Part shown: positions 1 to 14,600 of the stretch, piece after piece
Position numbering within the stretch: position 1 is the stretch's first letter
Layout of the letters: each line of letters begins with the position of its first letter
Origin: Klebsormidium nitens
Taxonomy: Eukaryota > Plantae > Klebsormidiophyceae
Length of the DNA stretch: 64,000 nt
Reading direction: 5' to 3'
NCBI GenBank assembly: GCA_000708835.1
Contig: DF237165.1
Coordinates: forward strand, 1 to 64,000
Made by a program: the position numbers and the translations under genes
The notes under the pieces: generated by a model
Told to the model about the DNA's origin: nothing
Seen by the model: the letters and a program-made list of their open reading frames with translations, nothing else
The model's database searches: none

Positions 1-827
1 AGAATTAGGGTCGTTGTCACGGGCAAGTAACCCGTGTCTGATGCACCGCTTCTGGGTTTTAGCTTATCCATTACCATTCAGCATCTAGAGCGGGTAGAAT
101 CGTCAAACAACCAGCTATCTGCAGCAAGCCAGGATCCGATTGCCACGTTCATCAAATTTGTTTCGCCTGCCAAAAGGTGTGTTTCGGCGCCGGCGGCGCT
201 TCAATCCTTCAACTTGAACTTCCTGTCGCACAGCTGGGTCCTCTTATGTATTTGAAGTGTTCCACATTGTGACATCGACACCTTCGCCGAACTGACGAAA
301 CATTGATGGAAAGAGAGCGCAGTGTTCTATCAAGCAAGGCGGCAGGTAGATCGGTGCTTCAACAGACTACATCTATGAAGGCGCTTCGCTGGGCACGTTG
401 ATGGTTTGTCACTTCTTGACAGCCTTGGACAACATGTGAGCTTTGTGTAAAACTTTGGAGATGTTGAAATCTGGCTTTGGATCCCCCCCGCTTTGGTGTG
501 TGATCTCCTGGCCGCTTGTGGATTCTTCCAGCAGCCCAGCAATGCCGTCCGTCTTGGCGTCTGCTCATTGGTTGCGCTGCTGAAGGCAATGGCTATGGCT
601 GTGTTGGGAGCCCCTGCAATGTGAATGTTATTGTGCGGCATACATCATGCTCAGAGGCGTGGATCACAAGAGAGCACCATGACAAGCCCTTTGGTGCATT
701 TTTGCAGTGGTGCAGACTGTGCGGCGGGGCGGCCATCTGAGAGACTTTGAAGCTCGGGCGTAGTGGTGGCAGTCGAAAGGTGCAACACTGCTCGAAAAGA
801 GAGAGTGAGGGAGGGGGGGGGGCGCCC

Positions 828-3800
828 ATGGCTGCCTCTCACGTGGTGGTGCACACTGGCGCATGCCCGGTCTCGGGCATCTGGGGCAGCGGGGGGGAGC
901 CCCATCAGCGAGGGAGGAGGAGGAGAGCTGGGGCCCAGGAACATAGTATCTTAGGAAGGGGGCCGCCTCAGGTGCTGGCTCATGAATCAGATAGGAGACA
1001 CCCGGGATGGCCGTCTAGCTCCAGCGTGGGCTTCTCTGCGAGCGGACCCGAGAGGCGTGGGTGTCACAAAGTAGGCGGGCAAGGCTGCTGTTCGCATCGT
1101 GTTGCAGGGTTGGGGAGGAGGACAGTAGCTGTAGGAAGGGGACGAGGGGGGCCACCGCGCGCATCTGCAGCTGCGGACGCCGATGCACCTAATGTGGCAT
1201 CCCAAGGGTCGGAGGTGGGGCCGGTGGAGAGCGCCTCCAAGTTTGTGGCAGCGTTTTGGAAGTTTGTGAGGCCGCACACCATCCGGGGGACGCTGCTGGG
1301 GACCACGTGAGTTGCCGACACCACATGAGGATCGCAACATGGCTGGCCATCGTGTGATGACTTGCCCCCCGCTCTAGTGAAAAACACCGGGGGAAAGGGC
1401 TGCCTCACGGGGCCTGCTGGCAGCGCTCCGGAACACCCAGAGCCCCTTGTTTGCTCACTGACATCCCGAATGCAAGAGGGACTTGAGACTGCCCCGTTAG
1501 TAATGCACAGTCTCCCCTTGACGCAAGAGCGGCAGCTCTCTGGAGAAGGTATGCCGTTTGTCATGGGCATCCCTTGGCAAGCACCTGCCAGAGGAGGTTT
1601 GTCCCTGCGCGCTTCCCAAACGTGCTTGCGCAGGGACAGCGCGGACATTCAAACGTCAAATCCCTCGGAGTCCGCAGTGCACACGCTGTCAAGGCGTATG
1701 CGCCACGCCAGAGAGTTGGTGCCGCCTTGCTGACATGTGTCGTGTGTGCAGGGCGCTGACGGCAAAGGCGCTGCTGGAGAATCGGCACTTGATCGACTGG
1801 GCACTTCTGCCGCGGGCGCTGCGTGGCCTCCTCGCGCTGCTGTGTGGGAACGGCTACATCGTGGGGATCAACCAGATCTACGACGTCAGCATAGACAAGT
1901 CAGCACCCCGCCCCTCACCGCTCATTCCAATCGTCGCTCCATTCTGCCATCATCCCTCAAAGCAGCTCGAGTAGTCTTCCGGGAACGTATCCTGCTGGTA
2001 CTTGGACTCTCTTGTGCTCTCAGCAATCTCCCCGCCTCTTTGGACATCCCGAGATACTGCTCCCAAACCTCGCCTCCGTTGCATTCCCCCAGGATCACCA
2101 AGCCGTACCTGCCCATTGCTGCGGGGGAGCTGTCCGTGCCGGCTGCATGGCTGCTGTGCGCGGCGCTGGCCGCTGCGGGCGTGTCCATCGTGGCCACCAA
2201 CTTCGGCCCCCTCATCACCAAGCTCTACTCGCTGGGCCTCTCCCTCGGCACGCTCTACTCGGTGCCGCCCTTCCGCCTGCGCCGCTTCCCCATCCCCGCC
2301 TTCCTCATCATCGCCACCGTGAGTCACCGGAACCAATCTCCTGTTACTTTTCTTGACCCCCTGCGTTGGGTTTTTCCCCGCACCGTACGTGTCATCCTTT
2401 CTGAACGAGCTGCGCACAAGTTTTATGGTATGCTGGGCAAAGGCGAGCATTCCAAAACCGCATCCGATTCTTGCCGTGGCTTACATTCCCATTTCGCCTC
2501 GTGCCTTTGTCCGAGAGGACTGTTACAGTCAAGAGCAGATGTGGCCTGCAGGTGGTCATCGTGCTGTCAATGTTTCTCCACGGCAAGGCGGCCATAGAAA
2601 GTCTACCGTGTCGCAACGCGTCAAGCGAGCTTAGTGCGACGGCATCGGTGTCTCGTCTCTCCCCAAGATGACACCCGTGCGTCCTGTGTAAGTTTCGTCC
2701 CCCTTGGCGCCAGCTCGTCATCCTGCCCCCCCCCCCCTCCTGCAGGTGCGCGGGTTCTTGCTCAACTTCGGCGTGTACTACGCGACGCGCGCCGCGCTGG
2801 GCCTGCCGTTTGTGTGGTCCCCCTCGGTGGTGTTCATCACGGCGTTCGTGACGCTGTTCGCCACCGTGATCGCCATCACCAAGGACCTCGCCGACATCGA
2901 GGGCGACCGCCAGCAGGGCATCACCACCTTCTCCACGCAGCTCGGCACGCGCGCCGTCGCCTGGCTCGGCATCGCGCTGCTCCTCCTCAACTACGTGGCA
3001 GCCATCGCGGCCGCCTTCGTCCTGCCCGGGGTGAGCGCCGGCCCGGCCCTCAAAACTGAAGTTCACCAAGAGAGGAATCGCCGACCAGCTTGTTCTAGTG
3101 AAGCACGTCATCACTGTCTGTGGCACGTTTGTAAAGCCCCATCGTTGTACCCGCACAGGGCTGGGGACAGTCCCTCGCAATGCCGGCTCTGGTCCGGCCA
3201 CTCGTTGGGCCCCGGCTTCGATCGGGCAAGTCCATGCAGCTCTACCCTTGTCTGAGAGCTGGCTGAGCCGACGGGGGCGTCAAGTAGTAAAAGGCACATG
3301 CGTCGTCACGCACTTCATCGTGGGGCATTGGGGCTGGGTTGCTCCCGCTGTCTACTGGCTTCATCTCTGAGGATCTGCCGGACTTGCCGCTGAGTGGGAG
3401 ATGAGCCGCCGCGGTTTTTCGAGTTGCCGGCGTGCCCGCCTGATTGACAGCTGGCCGCGTGTGGTGCGCAGGCGTTCCGGCTGCCGGTGATGGCGGGCGG
3501 CCACGCGGCGCTGGCAGCCAGCCTGGTGTACCAGGGCGTCAGGTTGGAGGGCACGCGCTTCTCGCAGGTCAGCCCCGCGCGCCGCACGGACCGCACCAGG
3601 GCCGCTCTGCAGAAAGCGAATGAGCGTGCAACTGTACCCTATTGTCTAGTGCGTTTTGGGCACCTGCGCGTTGGCAGTCTCTCCGCAGTAGTACTTCTGA
3701 TATGAGCAGAAAGTAACCGGCGACGTTGTGGCATGGTCACTTACTTCGAATCCATAAGACCAGGTGATTTCGCGTTCGGCTTTTAGCGTCAAGTCTGGGA

Positions 3801-4057
3801 GAGGATGCTTTGTACCTTCCTAGGCTGGCTCCGCAGATTGGGGTCAGGCGGTTTGGTCGATGCGTTCTCTTATGCGGCCACACGGCAGGAATGACGATCG
3901 GGCATTGCGTCATGCGCTGCTGTGGCTTCCCTACCCCTGTCATGCCTGACGGGCTGCCGCGCCGCGGGTGGGTGCTGTGCAGGAAGGCGTGGCCGGCTTC
4001 TACCGCTTCATCTGGAACCTCTTCTACTTGGAGTATGCGCTTCTACCGTTCATCTGA
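828..4057 (+). CDS. HST: Homogentisate solanesyltransferase (UbiA prenyltransferase family, plastoquinone-9 biosynthesis), 6 exons
   Basis: Spliced exons 828-1306, 1752-1898, 2093-2318, 2746-3030, 3472-3567 and 3983-4057 have GT-AG borders in consistent phase. Motifs: [47 protein letters not shown] and C-terminal [13 protein letters not shown]. The long S/G/R-rich N-terminus resembles a transit peptide. Confidence 0.93.
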
Positions 4058-5318
4058 GTTGCAGAGGGTGGCAGAGGTTTCGGGCGAGCATAGCGACGCA
4101 CGGCGGCCAGCACCTGGTCGCCATTTCTCTCGGACAAGCGCTCTGCCAGAAGAACAGACACGTGCGTTGCAGTGCTGCTGTCAAGCCCTGGTCGGTCAGA
4201 GGACCGCCAGTGCTGTTGGAAAACGGCGTTACCTCTGAGTTGGATGCAATATGCTACGGCCCGAGTTCAATTCTATGACGCATTGGCATGGCACCACGAG
4301 ATTCTTGTGTGCAATCGACGATTGCACTTTACTCGAAACAAAGCTTTCGTTCAATTTAGGGAGTGACGGACCCATGCAAGGATGTTGGCCCTTCAGTGAC
4401 TGGTCCAGCCTGCCTGCAACTGACGGTGTAAAGAGGCGGGCATGCAGGTATATGGTATACCACTGACTCTTAGCCCTATGTCACATTGGCTCCATTAACA
4501 CCATGCAATAAAGATTTGGGTTATGCCATGTCACTTCAGAGTCCTGCTTGCATTAAGTCTATCAATACCATGATGAAATGAAGACTTTGCGTTATGCCAT
4601 GTCACAAGTTGAAAGTTCACGGGCAGGCCCTCCTGACTCACATGCACAGTAGCTGATCGACATTGAAGCCTTTACGCCATGCTTTAAACGTTCAGGGACG
4701 GACTCCTAGACTTCACTAACTAGCAGGATTTGCCAGAGCTATAGAATTTACATGCATTTGAACAAAGTAGAAACATCTGTAACCTTGAAGAAAACACACA
4801 TCAGCTACAGGCCTATTGAAGGGGTTGCAAGGTGCAAGCTACTACACCCTTACTTTACTGAACAGTATGATGTCCACAAGCACTCACAACGATCACCACA
4901 GGAGTTGCTCATAAGTAATAGCCCTTGCGCCGACTTGATTCATATCATCGTCTTGATGTTTCCCCTCATAGGGCTGACCCTTAACAGCGCATGCTGTCCA
5001 TTTTTGGTGTTAAATGTTGCTCTTATGCTCCAATAAATGACGTAATCGTGTTTGTTTCGTATTCTCAAGCACAAGCTTGTCCTCGTCAATCTCAAAATCC
5101 TATTGAAACTTCTGCGTGCACATGCCTACAATGACTATATTGTCTGTGACTAGCTTGAATTTACATGTTGCCACTGGTTGGTATGGTTTACGTATGTTAC
5201 AAAGCGATGGGCTGTCGCACCTATTTCAACTTTTAACTTTTTGCTCCAAGCCAGATGCTGCTACCATCGCCAGTCCTATTGGTTAGTGGACAGGTTAGGT
5301 CCCCATCTCATTGTGGGT

Positions 5319-7079
5319 CTAATGCACACCTACAGGCTCTGGCCGGTGAGGCGAGGACAACAACCATTGGTCAGCTCGCCCGCAGAAGCGGCACATCAGT
5401 GGGGACTGGTTCCTCTCGACGCGCACGCACTGCAGATGGCAGAGCACGCCGCAGTCCGTCCTGTAGAGCGCGCGGTTCAGGTCCAAAAGATCGTTGCACA
5501 GAGCGCACTTCTCGCTGCACGAGACGCCTCTCGTCGCGATTCCAGGCGCGGATGGATGCGGTTGTCCCGGCTCCGAGAGGCGGGCTACATGGCGCCGGGC
5601 TCGGGGAGAGCGATAAGAGGGGACTGGAGAGACGACGTCACTGACGGGAGAGTGCGCAAGCGCCCCGGAGGAGAATCTCTTGTGCCTCCCGCTCAACGTG
5701 GCAGCCTGGTGCGGCGGACGAGGAGATTGCGCAGAGCAGCTAGGAGAGAGGGGGGGTTCAGGGGCCATGGCGGTGCGGCCGGCCAGGGAGGCGGCCTCGC
5801 GCGCCCACTGGGCCAGGCAGCCCAGGTCCCGCTGCCAGCCTGGCGCCAGCGCAGGGGGCTGCAGCAGGAGCAGGAGCAGGGAGCAGGTCAGGACAATCGT
5901 ACCAGCGGACTTGTTTACAATCAGGCTGGAGGAGGGGCAGGCTCGAAACATGCTGCGGCGCAGCGGTCATCGCCAGAGATTCCGCCTCAAGTTCTTTGTT
6001 CTACCCCAATAAGCTTCTGCTGAGTACTCTGGGCGCTATTCATATCGCTTGAACTTTTGGTAATCACAATGATCATACTGGCCTGAAGAATTCACAACAA
6101 GCTTCAAAGTGGACAAGCAGGTTTGCTTTCTTGCAGCTTCTGCGAGCTTTTATGCACAATTGTCAAAAGCAAGTAGAACGGCAGGCATACTGCAAAGACG
6201 CTGACGACGACAAGGATCTGTAGCCCTGAGAGCGTTGGTCTTTACTCGGCAACTGGCAACTCAGAAGCACGAAGGTATCGACGCCAACGTCCTCAATAAT
6301 ACCCCCCTCCTCATCTCCTACTCGAACTGCATCTGGCTAATCCAATTTGCATATTTGCTCTATTGTAGAATGCAGGGGACCTGCTTTACTCAGACGGACA
6401 GATCAGGGAAAGCACTCATCCAGCTCTGACGCTTTGTCGTTGCAGGTCCTTCGATCACAACAGCGAAGACAGCCTCAAAGCTGCTGGAAATGAATGAACC
6501 CAGTGCTGAATATCCTGGTGCCAATCACATTCCTGCACATTCCATGCTCCTCGGTGAAGCTAGTTCGTACTCTTGCTGGCGCCCTGCCCATATCTGACTG
6601 GTCGCAAAAGCCACCGCAATCCCGAGCATTCCAACAGCCCAACTACTGGCGCGAGTAGCCCCGTGCTCACCTCTGCAGGCTCTCTTGCTTGCTGCACCTC
6701 CCGTTTGCTCGCTAACCTATCCGCCAGCCCCTGCTGCGCACCTCCACTGCTGACACTCGGATCTGAGGGGGCCCACAGGGCATCCCAACTGTGCCGCATT
6801 TTGGCCCCTTGCCAGCCATCACTGTGCAGCCGCTTTGCTGTTATTTCCTCGCATGGGCAGGGGGGATCACCCTGCAAATCAGGGAAGGGACACGACCTTC
6901 GCGCAGCCCCATGAGGAGGCGCGGCGTGCAGCCTGGATGCCTCCCAGCGTGGGTGGCTGTAAGGGGGCCACTCAAAGGCTCCTGACGACGTTGCACTGGA
7001 GTCACTAGAGCTGGGCTCGCCTGCGTCAGAGCTGCCGCTGCGCCGGTCGCTGTCCTCCCATGCCTCCTCCCCCTTCCCC
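5319..7079 (-). CDS. Hypothetical multi-exon protein with a C-terminal RING-like Cys/His motif (boundaries uncertain)
   Basis: ORF 5319-5951 ends with CALC-x14-CGVLCHLQC-x11-CRFC. A candidate exon at 6671-7079 has AG/GT borders (GKGEEAWEDSD...AREPAE). The internal exons and start codon are unresolved. Confidence 0.35.
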
Positions 7080-8610
7080 TGAGAGCCACATGTGTGCACA
7101 ACAGGCGGCTGGGGGCTCAACTCCCCACAGGGATGCCATTGACACGTGTACTGAGGGAATGTGCGGTTGTAATCGACAGGCCAGAAAGCGAAAGTCGTGT
7201 CCATCCTAGCCAAGAAGCAGGGGCCTGCTTTCACCCTTTGTTCCTCCCTGTCATTAGCAGAGCATGCTTACCATGGCACTCTGGATGCCAGTGTATGCGG
7301 ACCTACTGTATACAGTATACAGAACCTATCTCCTGCATGAGTTCGTGTGAGCTCTTCCAAAGTGGCGGCCCAAGTTGAAGACGCGAGGGTGCTTTTCACT
7401 TTTCGACTCTCTAGAAGCTCGCACAAAGCCAAGAAAGTGCAAAAACTTGAAAAAGTGCTCTCTCAATGAAAAGTCGCCCAGGCAGCGCCCATGTAGGTAC
7501 TGGGTTATCCCTGCAACCATTATTTGGGCTTTCTGGTTTGCCCGGAACGGTTGGGCATCATCGACGGCCATAAGGTTTGTTGGCCCGATCGAACGGTTTG
7601 AAAAGCTAGGTTCTACTTGAGCCAGATGCGAAAGCACTTCGATGAACGGTTCAGATGACGGTCATGCCCGAATTAGGGCCCAGAAGGTCAGCACTTGGGT
7701 TGGCGCAAACCCAGCCAACCAGCGCGCCAAGGTCAACTTGTTGGAAGTTTGCGAGGGAGTTCGTTGTGGTCCACAAGAAAGATGTGGCGTTGAAGCTGGA
7801 CTTGGAATGAGCAGTTCCGAGCCGCAATCTGCGAAGCGCACTCCAATTCCTGGCTCAAAAATTGCTCACAAATTGGAGATTCTCGTGCCTTTGAACCCGT
7901 TTTTTTCGCGCGCGCGAGGAAGAAAAGTAGTGCGCTGCTGAAAGCCCAGGAAACTTGTCAAGATGGTCCTTTAGAGGACTGAGCCGGTTCTTGTTCGCCG
8001 GGTGAGGTCCTATAAGGAGAACCACCCGTTTGCAGCGGCCGGGGTTCCTGACATGGTGATGTATACTGTCAGGGTTTTATATTCGGTTGAGCACGAGGAG
8101 ATCCGGCGTGGCAGTTTCGCAGTTGTGGAGCAGATTCGCTGTGAAAGTTGATCACACTTATTATTACAATCGCGACGCGTGGCGAATCAAGGTGGTTCAA
8201 TTCGAGCTTAAAGGTTTACAACCGTAGGATGTATCGAACGGATAGAACCTTCCTCCGATACCTCGGAATATCAGTGACGTTCTGTCATCTTCTCTTATGA
8301 GTTATGACACATCACAATGTACGCCGTTCTAGTTCTAAAACAGGTTGCCCACGTCCCTCCACGTCACATGCCATTCTGCTCTGAGTCTGAGGTCTGCGGC
8401 CACCTGATGAATCACTGTGCCCGCGCAGCATTGAACGAGGAACGTTTTCATGATTTGGAATGGCGTGAATGAAGCCTAAGCCTATTAGGTACCTGGATCC
8501 GATTGCTGCTCAGAAGAAGTCGGTCTTGTTGGGGTCTTGTCTTGTCTGCCGCCCTGCTTTCCTTACCCTGCATGTTTGCCATCGTCTGCTGATTACTCAG
8601 ACAATCAGCG

Positions 8611-11600
8611 ATGAAAGCCGTGCACCGGCCCCCCAGCGCCGGGGTTTGCAGTTTGTGTAGCCAGGCGCTGCAAGCCCGGGATGGCCTGCAGCGCGGCTGG
8701 CAAGAGAGCAGATATGTAGCGCGGGGGTCGCAAGCGGGGGTCTCCACGAGCTACCCCTCAATCTCCAGCTCACCGCGAAAGCTCTCAAGGAATGCAGAGC
8801 AGTCGGGGCAGACGTGCCAGGGGGTGGGCGCGCCCGGGTCAGCATTCATGGGGGAAAAGGCAGATCTGCAGGTGGATTCGCAGGTGGGCAGGCGTAGGGG
8901 GCGTGGGTCTCGCAAGGGGGCATTTGCAGTGGCTGCCCCGGAGCGGCCAGGACTGTACAGCGACGGGCGAGGGCCGGGTCGAAAGGAGACTGTCGTGGTA
9001 GATCCCGAAAATGGCCGGCGCACGGTGCTGTCAGAAGGGCAGGACGGGACGGCGCGGGTCAAAGTGGGGGTAAGCTACTGCATGTGTTGACAGAGGTGGC
9101 ATTGACGTCTGAGTGTAGGGTGGAGGAGGCTTGAGGTCAAAGCGGGCATGAGTGATGAGCACGTCCCACCAGATACTTCTTTGTTACAGCTTGGTGCATT
9201 TCGAACTGTAGCTGACGATTTTGTAAGCTCAACCACCAAATGGAATCCCAGATTTGCTCGCACACAAACTCGGAAGTTGCTCAATTTGATGGGCTTCTTA
9301 CCATGGTTTATCATTTGTACTGCTGTTCAACATCAGTGTGTCGCCCTGCCCCCAGACAACCACCGTTTGCGCAATCCCTCAAGATATTGGGCTCGTCAGA
9401 TCTATGTTGTTCTGGGCGATCATCCTTCACACTCCCGTGCGTGACGGCGGCTTGGTGGAAGTCAAAGTTTACCATCAAGTTCTCCTCTCGAATTAGGTAA
9501 TTCTCATTGGGCGTCATCTGACAGTGGGCTTGAAAAGACGAGGTCCGTCAAGTCGTTGACTGGCCCTCCTGGTGGTTCTTTGAGCCGCACATTGAACCCG
9601 TAGTGTGCGGTATTTTACTCTCTTGCCTCGATGCATTCGGCTACTCACATACTACGTGAGACACAGTCAGGTATCATGTTATGATACTTTGCTGCGGAGA
9701 CCTTCCAAAGATCATTTGAATTCCGCTTGCCCGGCGATGCCGCCAAGGTAGGACCCGCCAAGGTAGGACCCGCTCGCATTTGGAGTTGGCGGTGCACTTT
9801 CCACATGGAAAAGGGCGGCCAGCTAAGCAACCAAGAAAGAGCGAAGGAAAGGAAGTAAGAAAAGCTTTTGATTATTCTCTCATTGCACTCCTGGCTTTTC
9901 GTGTGCAGAGATTATCCGACATGACGAAACAGTTCAAAGACGTGCGGCGTCAGATGGAAGAGGACGAGGACCTGGCGACGCTCATGCGGGGCTTGCGCGG
10001 CCAGAATCTCAATGACGAGCAGTTTGCATCAGGTCTGCTACGCCCCCCAGGGCATTCGCACAAGTGCCACAGGTTCCTAAGACCAACAGAAACATGTCTT
10101 GGCCGTGGTGCTAACAGGTCATGCTGGTTGGGTGGCCAAGGACTTTGATGATCAAGAAGTTCTAACGTCTCTCACGGGCTTTGGGCAAGAAAAATGGACC
10201 TATGAGCGCTAGAGTCGAATGGTACAGCAGTCCGGCACATTTTAGTCAGAGGGCGTGAGAAGGACAGCTCTTCTCAGTGCTCTGGTCCACGGTGCAGGCC
10301 AGGCTTATGGGCATACCCACTGGCGGCCATTGCATTGGCGCATCCGGGCTGGGCTGACTCTTGACAGGGTCAGTTGACCTTGGATACCAATGTAAACGAT
10401 TGCAACGAGGACGCTCTTTGTCCTTCTTCTCGTCGCGCACTGGCCAAGTGTCCCTGTGCGGCTCACTGTCCAGTACTTCACGCTCAGCCTCTTGTTGCGT
10501 GGTGCGGTGCAGCGGACGTGCAGATGCGGCTGATTGAGATTGGGCGCGAGGAGGTGGAGGGGCTGCCCCTCGAGTACGACCCCGAGCTGATTGCGCAATT
10601 CTGGGGGGCACGCCCGTGGGCCGTCGCCACGCGCGTGGCGCAGCTGACGTCCATTGCGGGGGGCTTCCTTTCCAGTATCGCAATGGACATCATTACAAAT
10701 AGGACAAAGGAGGTCAGCTGCGCCTCCAAAATTTTGATGTTGTTGGTGCACTGGATGAAGATGGGAACACTTGGACTTTTCTGAGACCGGAGTTGCCTAA
10801 GGCATTTGTAAGAAGCCCCGGGAAACTCTCAAAGCAGTTCTTTTCGACCTTGGACATCTCCTGCTTTTCCAATCAGTGCGGAGGCAATATTCAGGCCTTT
10901 CGAGTACCCGATTCCAACCATCTTACGGTCCAATTTTTACGATTCACCCAACTTGAATCAAGCTGCGGCAGCAAAGTTCGACCAAACTGGCATCCCCGAG
11001 GCCTTTTGTTGCTGGCATTTGGGCGCTGTACGATTTCGGGCCCCTCGTTGGCGTTAGTGGAGGGGCCGTGCACTTGCCGGCACGTTTAGCCCTGCAATTG
11101 GCGGATGTTCAATCATTTGTCAGAGTCGCCGAAGCCGTTGGAGGGATTGGAATGATGATTTTCCTGGCCCACATAGAGTTCTAGCAGATGCAAGTTCAGC
11201 TTGAAGTAGCGGGACTCTAGGCTTTATAACACGTCTGAATACCTCATCTCTGTCTGTCTGGGTTCTGATTACAACTCTCGTTTGTCAACCGTGTAATGGG
11301 TCCCTGACAAAAGGGCACGGTTGCTTGAAAGCGTAGGACAGGTAGCAATGTGTTATAGTCCAAGCCCCTGAAGCCTGTACGCTGCACCGCTGCAGAACGA
11401 GGTGAAGCGTGCGATCCAGCTGCGCGACATCGTGACGAGCCTGGGCCCCGCGTACATCAAGCTGGGGCAGGCGCTTTCCATCCGGCCCGACATCCTCTCC
11501 CCCGCCGCCATGAACGAGCTGCAAAAGCTCTGCGACAAGGTGCGCCATCCCTGCTGAGACGTGACATGTGGGTAGATAAGCTGGTGTAGAAGAGTTCGCG

Positions 11601-14600
11601 GTTTGACACAATTCTCATAACCACAATTGTGCCTGCTTCGCACCCAAACCTACAGGCTGGCCGTTCTCGGGGTGACAGGCCTATTATTGCTACATCTGAA
11701 GGCCTTATTCTTGTCGTACCAAACGGAACGTTGTAAGAACTCGAGTGCTTTTCTACCTTCAAACGTGTCTCGTGTCCTGTCCGGGCAGGTGCCGTCGTAC
11801 CCGAGCGAGATCGCGATGGCGTTCATCCAGGAGGAGCTGGGCCTGCCCTGGTACGAAATCTTTGAGGAGCTCAGCCCCGAGCCCATCGCAGCAGGTCAGC
11901 CCTCCAAGCGGCCCCCAGTCGGAAGTGCTCTTTCAGACCCGCTTGCAAGTGACCAAGACGTCCGACCGATTCCTCAAAGCTCCAATCCCTGTCTTCTTTG
12001 CAACTTCGAAGATCATTGCGCCTGAGGTCAGAGTAGCTCCAGACTGATGCACGTACCATGGCCAAGCATGGGACGCCCCGTCAATCTGCGAAGCTCACGG
12101 TCCAGTAGATAGAGGATTTCTGTGAGCGAATTTCCTGCGTCACTTTTGTGTGGCGGCGCTTTTGTGGGCGTTGTTGTAAATTCGCCCGTATGTTTGTGCA
12201 GCGTCGCTGGGCCAGGTGTACAAGGGTAAGCTGCGCAGCAACGGGGCGGCCGTGGCGGTCAAGGTGCAGCGGCCGTACGTCCTCGAAACGGTACGGGCCC
12301 CTTCTAAGGATGTTGTGCTTACTGGAGGCGTTGTGGGTCCTCGTTGCCTCCTTGCACCAAATCATGAAAGTGGGCCGTCAAAAGGGTCGAGCGTTGTACA
12401 GTCTCTGTAAGCGGCTGCCTCTTGCTGATTTCCTTTTCATGGTGCATCCGTAGATTAGTTGTTTCCAAATTATTGACCTTGTGAGACCTAAGCAGAAAGA
12501 ATAGTGACCCTTAATTCTGAACTTTACTTTCCGCTTCAGTTCCCGCTCTACCGGCCTTGGGCAGTTGAACACGTATCCAGGGCAGTCACTCGTAGCCCCA
12601 CCCCCCCTGACCTCGTTCCTGCTGGCGCGCAGGTGACGATCGACCTGTTCATCATCCGCAAGCTGGGGCTGGCGCTGCGCGGCGTGCCGCAGATCGCGAC
12701 GGACGTGGTGGGCCTCGTCGACGAGTGGGCCGCGCGCTTCTTCGAGGAGCTCGACTACCAGCGGGAGGGCCGCAACGGCACGCTCTTTGCGCAGCAAATG
12801 GCCGCAGACTTGCCGCAGGTGAGGCCGCGCCTGCGCGCTCGCACAGCGCACCATGGTTGCCAGCCGAACAACTGCATTGTGACTTTCCCGTCTCTTGATC
12901 TGCTGACTATCCCACCGTCTTTTGATATCTTCTCTGCATGCTCTCTCTCAACGCCAAAAAGATGGCGAATGCCTCTGTTCATCAGTTGCGCGAGGTCATT
13001 TTGACAGGATCCTGTGCTCGCATGCTTGAGGTTATTGCACTAAGGGGAGTGCGAGCTGCTCCCACATACCCGTTCAAGGTTGTCAGCGACGAGCAGACCC
13101 TGCGATAGCAACGCTAGCATGAAGAGAGACGCACTCGGGCACTCTGATATTCTATCCAGTTCTCCGCTCAGCGTATCGTAGACCATAAGGGGCCCCTGGG
13201 TGGAGAGTCATGTCAGCTTCGTCCGGCTGTTACCAGCAGTCATGTGAGGCTGCGCCGGGCTTCTGAAGCTGACTCCGAGCACGTGCCGCAGGTGGTCGTC
13301 CCGACGACGTACCCCGAGTACACGTCGCGCAAGGTGCTGGTGACGAGCTGGCTGGAGGGCGAGAAGCTGAGCCAGAGCACGGCGGACGACGTGGGCGACC
13401 TGGTGAACATCGGCGTCATCTGCTACCTCAAGCAGCTGCTCGACACCGGCTTCTTCCACGCCGACCCGCACCCGGGGAACCTCATCCGCACGCCCGACGG
13501 CAGGCTCGCCATCCTAGACTTCGGTGAGGCGCCGCTCGATGGCAATGAGCCGGTAATTCATGGGGTGGGCTTCAGCGCGCACAGCGTTGGATTTTTTGCA
13601 GACAACTGGGCTGGTCTACCAAACGTGACCCGTGAAGTCCTCCTGAAGTCCCCTTTTTGTCCTTGTGCTCGGCCGTTTTCCCACTAGTACCATCGGCCAA
13701 GCGGACGCTCCCGGTCTTTGTAGGAGAGGTATTTGCGTGTCTTTACTTGTACTCCTGCTGTGGCGCGCTGCCGGCCTGACGTTGGTGGCGGGGTGCGTGC
13801 AGGGCTGATGACCCAGATCACGGAGGACCAGAAGTACGGCATGATCGAGGCCATCTCGCACCTGATCCACCGCGACTACGAGGCCATCGTCGAGGACTTT
13901 GTCCTCCTCGACTTCATCCCGCCAGGGGTGAGCCGCCACCCCGCCCTGCACACTTGCGCACTGAGCGCAAGTGTCTCCGACTGCCGCCTTTCTCGTTTTG
14001 CGCTTTCGCGCTTGCTCGGGCCTGACTTAACCGCAAGAGCAACTTTGTGGATCTCTCATTGCTAAACTGCATCGGGTCTCTGCCAGTCCATCATTCTCAG
14101 GCCGCTTGACCTGTGAGCAGTCTGCCTCCACCATGAGGAATCAGCACTGATAATGCCCTCTTGATGATGCTGATTGAGCTTGATCCTGAAGAGCAAGCTT
14201 ACTCGTGAGCGGACCCGTCGTCAACGAAACAAGAGTTAGAAGCGCCCCGAGGCTGACCCTCCCGCCGCATTGTTTCCCCTAGGTGGACCTGCGCCCAATC
14301 TTGCCGGTGCTGGCCAAGGTGTTCGACCAGGCTCTCGAGGGCGGCGGCGCGAAGAACATCAACTTCCAGGAGCTGGCGGCGGACCTGGCGCAGATTACGT
14401 TCGACTACCCGTTCCGCATCCCGCCCTACTTCGCGCTCATCATCCGCGCCATCGGCGTGCTGGAGGGCATCGCGCTCACCGGCAACTCAGACTTCGCCAT
14501 TGTCGACGAGGCCTACCCCTACATCGCGCAGGTGGGGCGGCTGGGGGAGGATGGAGGCTTGCAACTATCTGGCCTTGAAAGTGCGGCCCGATATCAAATC

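Noticed and set aside
7975-8073. Three adjacent short hairpins (AGGAC/GTCCT, GAACC/GGTTC, CCTGACA/TGTCAGG) as an snoRNA or snRNA
   Set aside because: Stems are only 5-7 bp, there is no clean H, ACA, C/D or Sm box, and no second copy. Compatible with chance.
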